Shown here one piece after another: positions 18,136 to 27,458 of a DNA stretch of 46,330 bases; position 1 is the first letter of the stretch; every line of letters begins with the position of its first letter. The notes below the pieces were generated by a model. It was not told where the DNA came from. It saw only the letters and a program-made list of their open reading frames with translations, and searched no databases. This DNA comes from a virus, in IMG/VR virus record IMGVR_UViG_3300028706_000433; one strand, given 5' to 3'. Both the position numbers and the translations under genes were made by a program.

Positions 18136-19688
18136 ATGATATAAAATTTGGTTGGGATTATTGGGATTACTCAAGACAGCCCGATATTAGAAAAATAATA
18201 AAAAAAGATTTTAATGGATTCTCTCCTGATGGAGTTTATCCAAACGATTCTGATACTTTACCGTTGTTTGATTCTAACTATCAACCAACAAATGCCTGGC
18301 ATAACATTTATAATATATTACAACACCACTATGATGGATATACTGAACTTGAAAATAAGGATACTACGGAGTATATAAAAAATAATGAAACATTTATATA
18401 TGTTATAGCAACAAATGGTGGGCCAGTAACTTGGTGTGGTGGTGATACAGAAAGAAATACTTTATTTCATAATATAAAAGAACACACAAAAGAATATATT
18501 AGAAAAGGTAAGGTGTTAGTTACTATAGATTTGTCGTTTGAAGGATTTCCAATAAATGGTGAGGATAAGTTAAGTATTTTAGATATGGGAAAACATCCTA
18601 ATTTAGCAGAAGTAGTTCATAGAAGAGCAAAAGAAGAAAAATTTCCAATAGAAAATATAGTATTTTTAAGTGCAAATTATAAAGATGTAGAATATTATAA
18701 AAATTGGTGTAAACGAAATAAAATTGAAACACCTATGAATTGGGTTTTACTTGATTGGTGTCAGAGAGCCATTTCTTCAGATTATAAACACTTAACAGAT
18801 AGATTTGAGGATCACTTTAATTATAAAAAAGATAATTTAGATAAAATGAAACATTATTTGTGTTTATGTAGACGATTAAAAACACCCAGAGTATTTCATC
18901 ATATGGCATTAAATTATTTTAATTTGTTAGATAAAGGTTCAGTATCTTGTATTTTACCAAGAAGGGAAATTTCACATTTATTTCCTGAATTAAATATAGA
19001 TAAATCTAAGATGGAAATGGATCATGCTGGAACGAAAACTTTTAGTGATTGTGCAAATTTAGAAGATTATGAATTTAATAAAACCTTGAAAGATAATGAA
19101 ATATTAGATGATATTACTGACGATTTTTATAATAGATTTAAATATCTTGAAGTGTTAGGTCGAACTAAATATTTATATAAAGTTAGAGATAAGAATAATA
19201 TAAGAGATTTTTTAAAAAAGTTACCTTTGACCGTAGATAGAAAAACTCACGATACTATAGATTCGTTTCATCATTGGGATTCTAAACTATATAAAGATAC
19301 TATGTTTTCTTATATATATGAAACTTGGTCTATGTCTACTAATATGGTTTTCTTTTCAGAGAAGATTTATAAAGCAATTTTAAATTTTCATCCATTTTTG
19401 GGAATGATTAATTCAGATACTTTAAAGTTTATGGAAAGAAATGGGTATAAGAGCTTTTCACCGTTTATAGATGAAAATTATGATGATGAAGGTGATCCAG
19501 ATATTAGAAGTGAGTTATTATTAAAAGAAATGCAGAGGTTATGTGAATTACCAATTAATAAAATGTTGGATTGGTATGGTGATCAATCAGATATATTGAT
19601 ACATAATTACGATGTTTTTATGAATAACACACATTTAGAGAAAAGTACAAAACAATTTTTAAAAGTATGGGAGAATATTAATGGCTGA
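18132..19688 (+). CDS. Uncharacterised GT-B-like family protein, copy 2 (tandem paralogue of 16639..18135)
   Basis: Shares FGWDY...QPDI...YPNDSDTLPLF with copy 1 (23-nt identity 16747-16769 vs 18240-18262); FSYIYET...FFSEKIYK...HPF...DENYD. Confidence 0.55.
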   Translation: MNDIKFGWDYWDYSRQPDIRKIIKKDFNGFSPDGVYPNDSDTLPLFDSNYQPTNAWHNIYNILQHHYDGYTELENKDTTEYIKNNETFIYVIATNGGPVTWCGGDTERNTLFHNIKEHTKEYIRKGKVLVTIDLSFEGFPINGEDKLSILDMGKHPNLAEVVHRRAKEEKFPIENIVFLSANYKDVEYYKNWCKRNKIETPMNWVLLDWCQRAISSDYKHLTDRFEDHFNYKKDNLDKMKHYLCLCRRLKTPRVFHHMALNYFNLLDKGSVSCILPRREISHLFPELNIDKSKMEMDHAGTKTFSDCANLEDYEFNKTLKDNEILDDITDDFYNRFKYLEVLGRTKYLYKVRDKNNIRDFLKKLPLTVDRKTHDTIDSFHHWDSKLYKDTMFSYIYETWSMSTNMVFFSEKIYKAILNFHPFLGMINSDTLKFMERNGYKSFSPFIDENYDDEGDPDIRSELLLKEMQRLCELPINKMLDWYGDQSDILIHNYDVFMNNTHLEKSTKQFLKVWENING

Positions 19689-21276
19689 ATATCATGATTA
19701 TGACGTAACAAATCAAAAATACGAGTTTCATAAAATAAAAGATAGAAAAAGAATACCGTTATACCACGAGAGGACTGATAGAGAATATAGTTGGACGGCT
19801 ACATATGAATTTAAAGGTCGTGATGGTAGTATGGGATTACCATTTCCAAATTGTTTACCCGATTCTGTATATGAAGAATTTAAAGAGAGTGAACATGAAG
19901 ATGCAAATTGGTGGATACAGTCTGGAGAGTGTAAAGAAATACCAAGGATTAGGGCGATAGAAAACGAACCATTTATGTTGATGTCACATTATGGGTTTTT
20001 AGTTACTCCAGAATCCGAAGAAAAAAATTATAAAGCAATAAATGAACAGTTTGAGTTATTAATAACAAATAAACGTGATGAAAAATATGTTTATTTAGTA
20101 CAACCTCAATCTATTGATCCAAATCCACAGTATGGTATATTTCAAGTATTGTCTAAAAATATACCGAAGGAAGTAATGGAAGATTTATCTAATGATAGGG
20201 CAGTTTTATGTTTATCTTTTATACAAGAAGGAGATAGTTATGGTGAATTTTTTCCAGAACTGCATAAGTTTTGTGAAAAACATACTATACCTCGAAAGAA
20301 TTTTGTATTTTGTTCGAATAATGCTATGTTAGAACTTGAATATGAAAACTATTGTGAGAAAAATAATATTACAGATAAGTCTACAATGATTTCAATTTAT
20401 TATTATTATAATCATGTTTCAACAATGTATAGATTAGATTATATGTGTTATAAAAATAATTGGGAGCCACCTCAAACAGTAAGAATTTCTAAAGAAGGAG
20501 ATAATTTTGAACATGATGGATTTAGAATAAATACATTAGAGAGATTTAATCCATTGAGAAAGGAAATTAGACCGTATCATTATATGTGTTATAATAGACA
20601 ACCAAAACTACATAGAACATTGATGGTAGCTTATTTGATGAAGGAGAATTTATTAGATAAGGGATTGGTAAGTTTAGCTTCGGTATATGCCATAAGTGCG
20701 GATGAACAAGATCAGTTTATACCATCATATAGAAATTTAAGAACACCAATATATACACAAGAAGAAAAGAACAACATAATGCCTTATTGGGATAAAGTAA
20801 TAAAACAAGGTTCATTTACTGTAGATTTAAATGAAAAAGAAATGGAACACGTTTGGTTATCTTCGTGGATAGATGTTTTCCCAAGTATATATAATCAATG
20901 TTATTTTTCAGTAGTGAGTTCTACAAGTTTTGATACTACTTGGATGCACCCTGACGAGAAATTTTGGAAGGAACTGGGACAATTTAAACCATTTATTTGG
21001 GTTGGCCCAGCACATTCATTACAACATCTACGCACACAGGGATTTAAAACATTTTCACCTTGGATTGATGAAAGTTATGATGAAGAAGAAGATTGTGAAA
21101 AACGGTTCTTGATGATAGTGGATGAAATCAAACGGCTGTGTGATATGAGTTTAGAAGAAATACATGAGTGGTATCACGAAATGGAAGATATTTTGAAACA
21201 TAATTGGAGAAGAATATTAAATTATAATCCTTCACCATTTTTTAAACCATACAATAAACTTTATGATTTACTATAA
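19681..21276 (+). CDS. Uncharacterised GT-B-like family protein, copy 3
   Basis: YMCYNRQPKLHR...YFSVVSST...PDEKFWK...KPFIWVG...GFKTFSPWIDESYD. Confidence 0.55.
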   Translation: MAEYHDYDVTNQKYEFHKIKDRKRIPLYHERTDREYSWTATYEFKGRDGSMGLPFPNCLPDSVYEEFKESEHEDANWWIQSGECKEIPRIRAIENEPFMLMSHYGFLVTPESEEKNYKAINEQFELLITNKRDEKYVYLVQPQSIDPNPQYGIFQVLSKNIPKEVMEDLSNDRAVLCLSFIQEGDSYGEFFPELHKFCEKHTIPRKNFVFCSNNAMLELEYENYCEKNNITDKSTMISIYYYYNHVSTMYRLDYMCYKNNWEPPQTVRISKEGDNFEHDGFRINTLERFNPLRKEIRPYHYMCYNRQPKLHRTLMVAYLMKENLLDKGLVSLASVYAISADEQDQFIPSYRNLRTPIYTQEEKNNIMPYWDKVIKQGSFTVDLNEKEMEHVWLSSWIDVFPSIYNQCYFSVVSSTSFDTTWMHPDEKFWKELGQFKPFIWVGPAHSLQHLRTQGFKTFSPWIDESYDEEEDCEKRFLMIVDEIKRLCDMSLEEIHEWYHEMEDILKHNWRRILNYNPSPFFKPYNKLYDLL

Positions 21277-21284
21277 TAACTAAC

Positions 21285-21413
21285 TATTTATATATAAGTC
21301 GAGTAGAGCTAACACGGGTGAAAAACCTGAAAGTCCTATCCCTCTACATTTAGACTATAAAACAAGGGTGGCATCAAGATAAATTGGTGCCTTCATTTAA
21401 TGGAGGCTTTTTA
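21285..21413 (+). promoter_or_regulatory. Putative promoter motif (TATTTATA) plus structured 5' leader with alternative hairpins over the RBS (riboswitch-like candidate)
   Basis: Pairings read by eye: AGTC 21297-21300/GACT 21353-21356; GTAGAG 21303-21308/CTCTAC 21342-21347; CGGG-TGAAAAA-CCTG 21315-21329; GGCATCAA 21370-21377/TTGGTGCC 21384-21391; GCCTTCAT 21389-21396/ATGGAGGC 21400-21407, followed by T5 and covering the GGAGG RBS. Confidence 0.6.
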
Positions 21414-22424
21414 ATGCGAGTTTTAATTACAGGTATAACAGGTTTTGTAGGTAGTCATATGGCAGACTACTTAATAAAAAATGTTCCAACTATACATATA
21501 TACGGACTTCGAAGATGGCGAAGCAGGTATGATAATGTACAACAATTATATAAAAATCCTAATGTTACTTTTATAGAAGGTGATTTAACAGATAGAAGTA
21601 GTTTAAATAGGGCAATAAAAATATCTAAACCAGATATTGTATATCATTTTGCTGCACAAAGTTTTCCAGAATCGAGTTTTGTAACACCCACATTAACATT
21701 AACAACAAATGTTCTCGGAACTACAAATTTATTAGAAGAATTACGTGAATCTTCAGAATGTGATCCCGTAATTATTAGTGTATCTTCTTCCGAAGTCTAT
21801 GGTAATCCTACCAAAGATGAAATCCCAATTAAAGAAACAAATCCAATTCGTGCTGCAAATCCATACTCAATATCAAAAGTTGGACACGATTTGATGTCAC
21901 AATATTATGCGAATGCGTATGATATGAAAGTTATAATTACAAGAATGTTTTCTCACGAAGGTAAAAGACGAGGAAAGTTATTTGCTTTATCTTCGTTTGC
22001 ATTTCAAATAGTAAAACACGAGAAATCAGAGGAATTTAATAAAGAAGGACATTGGTGTGAAATATATCATGGTAATTTAGGTTCAGTACGAACATATAAT
22101 CACATAGATGACGCAGTTCATGCATATTGGTTAGCAGCCAATAAGTGTGAGTATGGAGAAGTTTATAATATAGGTGGAGATGAAACATATACCGTAGGTG
22201 GAGCATTAGATATGTTGATATCAAAATCTAAAAACCCTGAAGTATTTATAAAATTACAAGATCCAGATAGAATGAGACCAACTGATATTACATTACAAGT
22301 ACCCGACAGTACAAAATTCAGAGAAAAAACTGGTTGGAAACCAACTAAAGGTTTAGAAGAAATATGTGATGATTTATTAGACTTTTGGAGAAGTCATAAG
22401 GATTTTTGGAGAGACCCCACATGA
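21414..22424 (+). CDS. gmd: GDP-mannose 4,6-dehydratase family SDR
   Basis: LITGITGFVGSH, HFAAQSFP, SSSEVYG, PYSISK (YxxxK), DITLQVPD. ATG 21414 with GGAGG RBS. A GDP-4-keto reductase (Rmd) role is not excluded. Confidence 0.75.
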   Translation: MRVLITGITGFVGSHMADYLIKNVPTIHIYGLRRWRSRYDNVQQLYKNPNVTFIEGDLTDRSSLNRAIKISKPDIVYHFAAQSFPESSFVTPTLTLTTNVLGTTNLLEELRESSECDPVIISVSSSEVYGNPTKDEIPIKETNPIRAANPYSISKVGHDLMSQYYANAYDMKVIITRMFSHEGKRRGKLFALSSFAFQIVKHEKSEEFNKEGHWCEIYHGNLGSVRTYNHIDDAVHAYWLAANKCEYGEVYNIGGDETYTVGGALDMLISKSKNPEVFIKLQDPDRMRPTDITLQVPDSTKFREKTGWKPTKGLEEICDDLLDFWRSHKDFWRDPT

Positions 22425-22939
22425 GTTTTAAAACTAAAATAACAAAATCAGAAATATTTCCAGAAGTACAATTAATACAGCCAGACCCTTGGTTTGATTA
22501 TCGAGGTGAAATGTGGACTTTTTGGGAAAAAGAAAACGAAGTTCTACCAAAAGAACACGAATTCAAAATATCTAAATTTACTCGTTCAAGAAAAAATGTT
22601 TTACGAGGACTCCATGGAGATAAAGTAACTTGGAAAAATATTACTTGTGTGTGGGGTGAGATTTATTTAGTTGTAGTTGATAATCGACCAGATTCTAAAA
22701 CATATAGAGAATGGGATAGTTTTATTATATCAGATAGAAATCATACAAGTGTTTTAGTACCTGCCGGATTTGTAAATGGTCATTTATGTTTAAGTGATGA
22801 ATGTTTATTTCATTACACACAATCATATCCAAAAGAATATGTGGATTGGATGGATCAAGATGTAGTGAAATGGAACGATGAAAGTATAGGTATAGATTGG
22901 CCAATAAGTAATCCAATATTAAATTGGAGAGATAAATGA
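22421..22939 (+). CDS. rmlC: dTDP-4-dehydrorhamnose 3,5-epimerase family (RmlC cupin)
   Basis: DYRG, SRKNVLRGLH, VPAGFVNGH, WND..IGIDWP; ATGA overlap at 22421. Confidence 0.88.
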   Translation: MSFKTKITKSEIFPEVQLIQPDPWFDYRGEMWTFWEKENEVLPKEHEFKISKFTRSRKNVLRGLHGDKVTWKNITCVWGEIYLVVVDNRPDSKTYREWDSFIISDRNHTSVLVPAGFVNGHLCLSDECLFHYTQSYPKEYVDWMDQDVVKWNDESIGIDWPISNPILNWRDK

Positions 22940-23766
22940 ATATAGTAACAGGCGGATGTAGTTATTCTAATACTGTAGATTGTGTAGATTATACGAGATT
23001 TAAAATGGAACATGATTCTTATCAATTAGATAATTACAAAAGTTGGGCACTACATTTAGAAGATATTGTTCCAGATTGTAAAGTATATAATACTGCTAAG
23101 CCGGCGGCAGGAAATGGTTATATATCAAGAGCAGTAATTTATAAAGTTAATGAATTGTTGGAACAATATAAAAAACCAGATTATGTTTTTATACAACTTA
23201 GTTCTTGTGATAGAAAAGAATTATTAGTGAATATAGATGATGCTACAAGTCAAACAGATAAAAATATAATTACTCATTTTATACCAGAGTTTGATATAAA
23301 GGATGTACGATATAATAAGGATGTTAAGTTAAAGAATAATAATATGATATGGTTAAAACATTCATATGAAGAAGATTCTTTGATGAAACATTGGTATAAG
23401 TATTATCATAGTGTAGAAGTTGGGTATTTAAGAACTTTAGAACATATTTTAAGATTACAATGGTTTTTTAAATCTAATGATATTAGTTATAAATTTTTTA
23501 GTGGGTGGAATATATTTAACGAGTTAAAAGTACCAAGAAATCCTATTGAGTTAAGACATTTATGGAAAATGATTGATTGGGATAATTTTTGGTTTCATAG
23601 AAAATTTGGTGGTATAACGCAATGGTCTGATGAGAATTTACCATTTAAAGATAGATATGTTACAGGAGAGATATTAAATGAAGAAGGTTTCCCTTTAGAC
23701 CAACACCCATCTAATATTGCACATAGAGAATTTGCAAAACAGGTAGTATCAAAATGGATAAAGTAA
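22936..23766 (+). CDS. SGNH/GDSL-like protein
   Basis: Block I GGCSYS, block II AAGN, block V DQHP..IAH. Confidence 0.55.
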   Translation: MNIVTGGCSYSNTVDCVDYTRFKMEHDSYQLDNYKSWALHLEDIVPDCKVYNTAKPAAGNGYISRAVIYKVNELLEQYKKPDYVFIQLSSCDRKELLVNIDDATSQTDKNIITHFIPEFDIKDVRYNKDVKLKNNNMIWLKHSYEEDSLMKHWYKYYHSVEVGYLRTLEHILRLQWFFKSNDISYKFFSGWNIFNELKVPRNPIELRHLWKMIDWDNFWFHRKFGGITQWSDENLPFKDRYVTGEILNEEGFPLDQHPSNIAHREFAKQVVSKWIK

Positions 23767-24824
23767 TTAATACATATTCGGATCACTTTTCAAATAATGT
23801 ATTGAATTATATTAGAGATAATGCCATCATATATGAGGAAATATATAGACATTCAAAATCTTTAAAAAGTAGTTTAAATTCGGAGATTTTAATTACATCA
23901 TATACTCGAATGAAAGATGAGAATAAAAAATTTATATTGATTATAGAAGTTGGAGAATCAAATTGGTTTAGTTATGATAATCAAATTAAAATACATGAGT
24001 TGTGTGAACAAACTGGAGTTCCTGAAAATAAAATAGTATATATTACAAATGATGTGATGTGTAATGTGGTGTATGATAAATGGTTTACAAATCAAACAAA
24101 ATATAAAATTAAAATTAATTTTATAAATTATCCTTGTTTATTAGTTGGAGATACAAAAGCAAAGCCCAATCCATCTCCAGGTTATTTTAATGTAGAAAAA
24201 TATAAAGATAGAGAAGTATTACCAACTAAAAAATTTATGTGTTTGATAGGACACCGCACTAAACAACGAGATTTTCTTTGGGATTTTTTAAAAGATAAAA
24301 ATGGTCATACATCTTATCTTGGTAGAAAAATAGTTTTACCAAATTCTGTTAGTTGGCAATCATCAGAAGAATCTCTCATCGAGTTCGGAAATTCAGATCC
24401 ATCTACAGATAGATTACAAAAATATTATAGAGATTCTTATTTTTCAATAGTTCCCGAAGGGGAAGGTGGTGGACAACTTTCAGAAAAAGTACATAAGCCT
24501 TTACTTTACGGCCATCCATTTATTTTATTTTCTTACAATCAAGATATTGGAGAATTTGCAACAGGGGTGTTAAGTAGGTTAAAAGAGTGGGGATTCGAAA
24601 CTTTTCCAGAATTGTTTGATGAATCATATGATGAGATTAGTAATGTATATGAAAGAAGAAATAATTTCAAACAACAAATTTTAAGATTATATAATATGGA
24701 AACGAAAGAATTACAGAAATTATGTGAGAGTGTAGTAGAGAAATGTATACATAACCAAAAAACAATATTAAGTTTGGAAATACCAGACGACCAATTAATA
24801 AGTAAATTAGAGAGTTTATTATGA
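23754..24824 (+). CDS. Uncharacterised GT-B-like family protein, copy 4
   Basis: YFSIVPEG...LSEKVHKPLLYGHPFIL...GFETFPELFDESYD. Confidence 0.55.
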   Translation: MDKVINTYSDHFSNNVLNYIRDNAIIYEEIYRHSKSLKSSLNSEILITSYTRMKDENKKFILIIEVGESNWFSYDNQIKIHELCEQTGVPENKIVYITNDVMCNVVYDKWFTNQTKYKIKINFINYPCLLVGDTKAKPNPSPGYFNVEKYKDREVLPTKKFMCLIGHRTKQRDFLWDFLKDKNGHTSYLGRKIVLPNSVSWQSSEESLIEFGNSDPSTDRLQKYYRDSYFSIVPEGEGGGQLSEKVHKPLLYGHPFILFSYNQDIGEFATGVLSRLKEWGFETFPELFDESYDEISNVYERRNNFKQQILRLYNMETKELQKLCESVVEKCIHNQKTILSLEIPDDQLISKLESLL

Positions 24825-25423
24825 TACATGATTATACAAAAAATATTATAAGTGAGTTAAATTGTGATGTATGGATAGAAACTGGCATAGGGGATGGTTA
24901 TGGGGGGAGTATCTATAAAATCCATAATTGGTTTCCTGAAATAATACAATATGAAGTAGAAATTTCTCAAAAAAATGTTGATGTTGTAATAAGTGAGAAT
25001 CTCCCAAAGAAATTTATTATTGAACAGGGTAATTCTCCGGGGTTTCTTAAAAAACATATAAATGATATTTCTAAGTATACTTTACCTATTTTCTTTTTAG
25101 ACGCCAACACTAATCACGGCCCTGATTATTGGCCTTTACGAGATGAACTTAACGTAATATTAGATTTACCAAAATGTGTTATAGTAATAGATGATTTTAA
25201 ACACCCGTCTAAACCATTTAATTATGATTCTCATTATGGTACAGAGACCAAACCACCAATACCAAATGATTTAAATCATATTAAAGATTTATTAAAAACG
25301 GCAAAAATAAAATCGGTGTATCATTGTAAAGAATCGGCAATGAGTAATATGGGAGTAGTGTTTATATTTAAGGGGATAGTTTATAACAATGATAATTTTT
25401 TTGATGAAGAACGAGTAAATTAG
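24821..25423 (+). CDS. Class I SAM-dependent methyltransferase-like protein
   Basis: WIETGIGDG (motif I-like), FFLDA, VIVIDDF. Confidence 0.6.
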   Translation: MIHDYTKNIISELNCDVWIETGIGDGYGGSIYKIHNWFPEIIQYEVEISQKNVDVVISENLPKKFIIEQGNSPGFLKKHINDISKYTLPIFFLDANTNHGPDYWPLRDELNVILDLPKCVIVIDDFKHPSKPFNYDSHYGTETKPPIPNDLNHIKDLLKTAKIKSVYHCKESAMSNMGVVFIFKGIVYNNDNFFDEERVN

Positions 25424-25433
25424 GGAGGCGAAA

Positions 25434-26018
25434 ATGGATAAACAATTTTTAATAGACTTCGAAACAGAAGTTAAAGAGAGATATGAAGCAGGAGAGATTA
25501 AGGCTCCAGTTCATCTTGCATCAAATAACGAAGATCAACTTATAGAAATATTCAAAGATGTTGGTAAAGATGATTGGGTATTTTGTAGTTGGAGAAATCA
25601 CTATCACGCATTACTACACGGTATTCCAAGAGATACACTTATGGATATGATTGTTCGTGGTAAGAGTATGAGTGTGTATTCAGACGAACCAAAGTTTTAT
25701 TCGTCATCAATAGTTGGTGGAATATTACCAATAGCACTTGGAGTAGCGAAATCAATTAAATTAAAGGGTGGAACAAATAAAGTGTGGTGTTTTGTTGGTG
25801 ATATGACATTCGAAACAGGTATATTTTATGAAACTTATAAATACAGTAGAAATTTTGAATTACCTTTAGAGTTTGTTATTGAAGATAATAACCTTTCTAC
25901 AAATACACCCGTTGATGAAACTTGGGGTGGAAAACAAACAGTGCCATCAGATGTATATTATTATCAATATAAAAGTGAGTATCCACATCACGGAACAGGA
26001 AATTGGGTGTTATTTTAA
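25434..26018 (+). CDS. Minimal ThDP-dependent dehydrogenase E1 alpha-like subunit (194 aa)
   Basis: PVHL, SWRNHYHAL, SSIVGG..PIALG, ThDP motif VGDM...IEDNN; GGAGG RBS. Confidence 0.85.
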   Translation: MDKQFLIDFETEVKERYEAGEIKAPVHLASNNEDQLIEIFKDVGKDDWVFCSWRNHYHALLHGIPRDTLMDMIVRGKSMSVYSDEPKFYSSSIVGGILPIALGVAKSIKLKGGTNKVWCFVGDMTFETGIFYETYKYSRNFELPLEFVIEDNNLSTNTPVDETWGGKQTVPSDVYYYQYKSEYPHHGTGNWVLF

Positions 26019-26548
26019 TGAAGTATAAAGATGAAATAATAAGAAGTATGGAGTGGTTAGGTAGAAAAAAAGATACTATTTTTCTTGGTCAATCCGTAAA
26101 ATTTAGTGGTAATGCAATTTACAATACATTAAAAACTTTACCTGAAGAAAAACGAATAGAATTACCAGTATTTGAAGAAATACAAATGGGAATGAGTACA
26201 GGAATGGCGTTAGATGGGTTAGTTCCTATTTGTTGTTTTCCACGATTTGATTTTATATTAAGATGTATGGATGCTTTAGTAAATCATTTAGATAAAATGC
26301 AACATATGACTGAAGGGACGTTTAAACCAAAAGTAATAATGAGAACTTCTATTGGTTCTAAGAAACCACTTGATGGTGGCATTCAACACACACAAGATTA
26401 TACAGACCCAATAATGCGAATGTTACATGAAGTTAATGTGGTGTTGTTAAATGAACCAGAACAAATATTTCCAGAATTTGAGGAAGCATATAATACAGAT
26501 TGTTCTACATTATTAATTGAGTGGGGAGATTATTATAATGAAAAATAA
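26018..26548 (+). CDS. ThDP-dependent E1 beta/transketolase pyrimidine-binding subunit lacking the C-terminal domain
   Basis: FLGQSV, ELPVFEEIQMGMSTGMAL, QLVNH-like ALVNH, QHTQ; TAATG overlap gives ATG 26018. Confidence 0.85.
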   Translation: MKYKDEIIRSMEWLGRKKDTIFLGQSVKFSGNAIYNTLKTLPEEKRIELPVFEEIQMGMSTGMALDGLVPICCFPRFDFILRCMDALVNHLDKMQHMTEGTFKPKVIMRTSIGSKKPLDGGIQHTQDYTDPIMRMLHEVNVVLLNEPEQIFPEFEEAYNTDCSTLLIEWGDYYNEK

Positions 26549-27458
26549 GAGTGCTCTTATTATTGGTGGAATGGGAATGGTAGGTAGACAATTAACAAAG
26601 TTGTGTGCTGAAGAATATGATGAGGTGTGTGTTCTTGATTTAGATTATAAGACACCCAAAGATTTACCAAAGGGAGTTAAATATCATCAGGCAGATTTAA
26701 CATTTAAATCAAATGCAAGTATTGTTGCAGATTTTGACCATGTGTATCATCTGGCAGGGAAGAAAGGTTCTCCCGATACGGCAAAAAATAGTCCAGCAGA
26801 ATATCTACCAATGTTACAATTTGACACTAATGTAATTGAGGCAGTTGGTAAATATAAACCAAAGTGGTTTCTATATACGAGTTCAATAGGTGTATATCCA
26901 CCAATGGAAATTTATGAAGAGGATAAAGTTTGGCATACAGTTCCGAGTGATAATGATAAAGTTCCTGGTTATATAAAACGTATGGGTGAGTTAAGTTGTT
27001 ATTCTATTAGAGCCACATATGGATATGAGAATATATCTATTGTGAGACCTGCAAACATTTATGGGCCGTATGATAATTTTGGAAAAAATTCTATGGTGAT
27101 CCCATCTTTGATTAAAAAGGGAGTAGAAGATGATGAGATAAATGTTTGGGGTGATGGAACACCAATTAGAGATTTTATTTATTCTGAAGATGTTGCACGA
27201 GGTATGTTACATATGGTTAAAAATAAACATAACGATACTGTAAATCTTGGTAGTGGAACGGGAGTAACAATCTCAGACATAGCAACAATAGTATCAGAGT
27301 ATTTTAAAAAACCGAGAATATATGATGAATCAAAACCAAATGGTGATATGAAAAGATTAATGAGTATGAGAAGGGCACACGAATTAGGATTTAATCCAAG
27401 AGTAAAGTTAAAAGATGGTATAGAAAAAACAATAGACTGGTATTTAAATGAAATATAA
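26538..27458 (+). CDS. GDP-L-fucose synthase (Fcl/WcaG)-like SDR with degenerate catalytic motif
   Basis: GGMGMVG, RPANIYGPYDNF, VWGDGTPIRDF, NLGSG, KPNG. The YxxxK position reads PGYIK. Confidence 0.75.
   Translation: MKNKSALIIGGMGMVGRQLTKLCAEEYDEVCVLDLDYKTPKDLPKGVKYHQADLTFKSNASIVADFDHVYHLAGKKGSPDTAKNSPAEYLPMLQFDTNVIEAVGKYKPKWFLYTSSIGVYPPMEIYEEDKVWHTVPSDNDKVPGYIKRMGELSCYSIRATYGYENISIVRPANIYGPYDNFGKNSMVIPSLIKKGVEDDEINVWGDGTPIRDFIYSEDVARGMLHMVKNKHNDTVNLGSGTGVTISDIATIVSEYFKKPRIYDESKPNGDMKRLMSMRRAHELGFNPRVKLKDGIEKTIDWYLNEI

Noticed and set aside
21297-21412. Assignment of the leader to a known class (cobalamin, TPP, preQ1-I, hammerhead, JUMPstart/ops)
   Set aside because: Only fragments match (T-loop, ACCUGA, AGAG...CCUCU). 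The diagnostic elements (GGGAA and B12 box; CUGAGA; the preQ1 UUC loop; CUGAnGA; GGCGGTAG) are absent.
21389-21412. Plain intrinsic terminator for the upstream operon
   Set aside because: Not excluded, but the hairpin contains the RBS of the next gene and competes with an overlapping hairpin, so it is not listed as a simple terminator.
25434-26548. pdhA/pdhB auxiliary metabolic genes for central metabolism
   Set aside because: Both subunits are truncated, E2 and E3 are absent, and the context is sugar-nucleotide biosynthesis.
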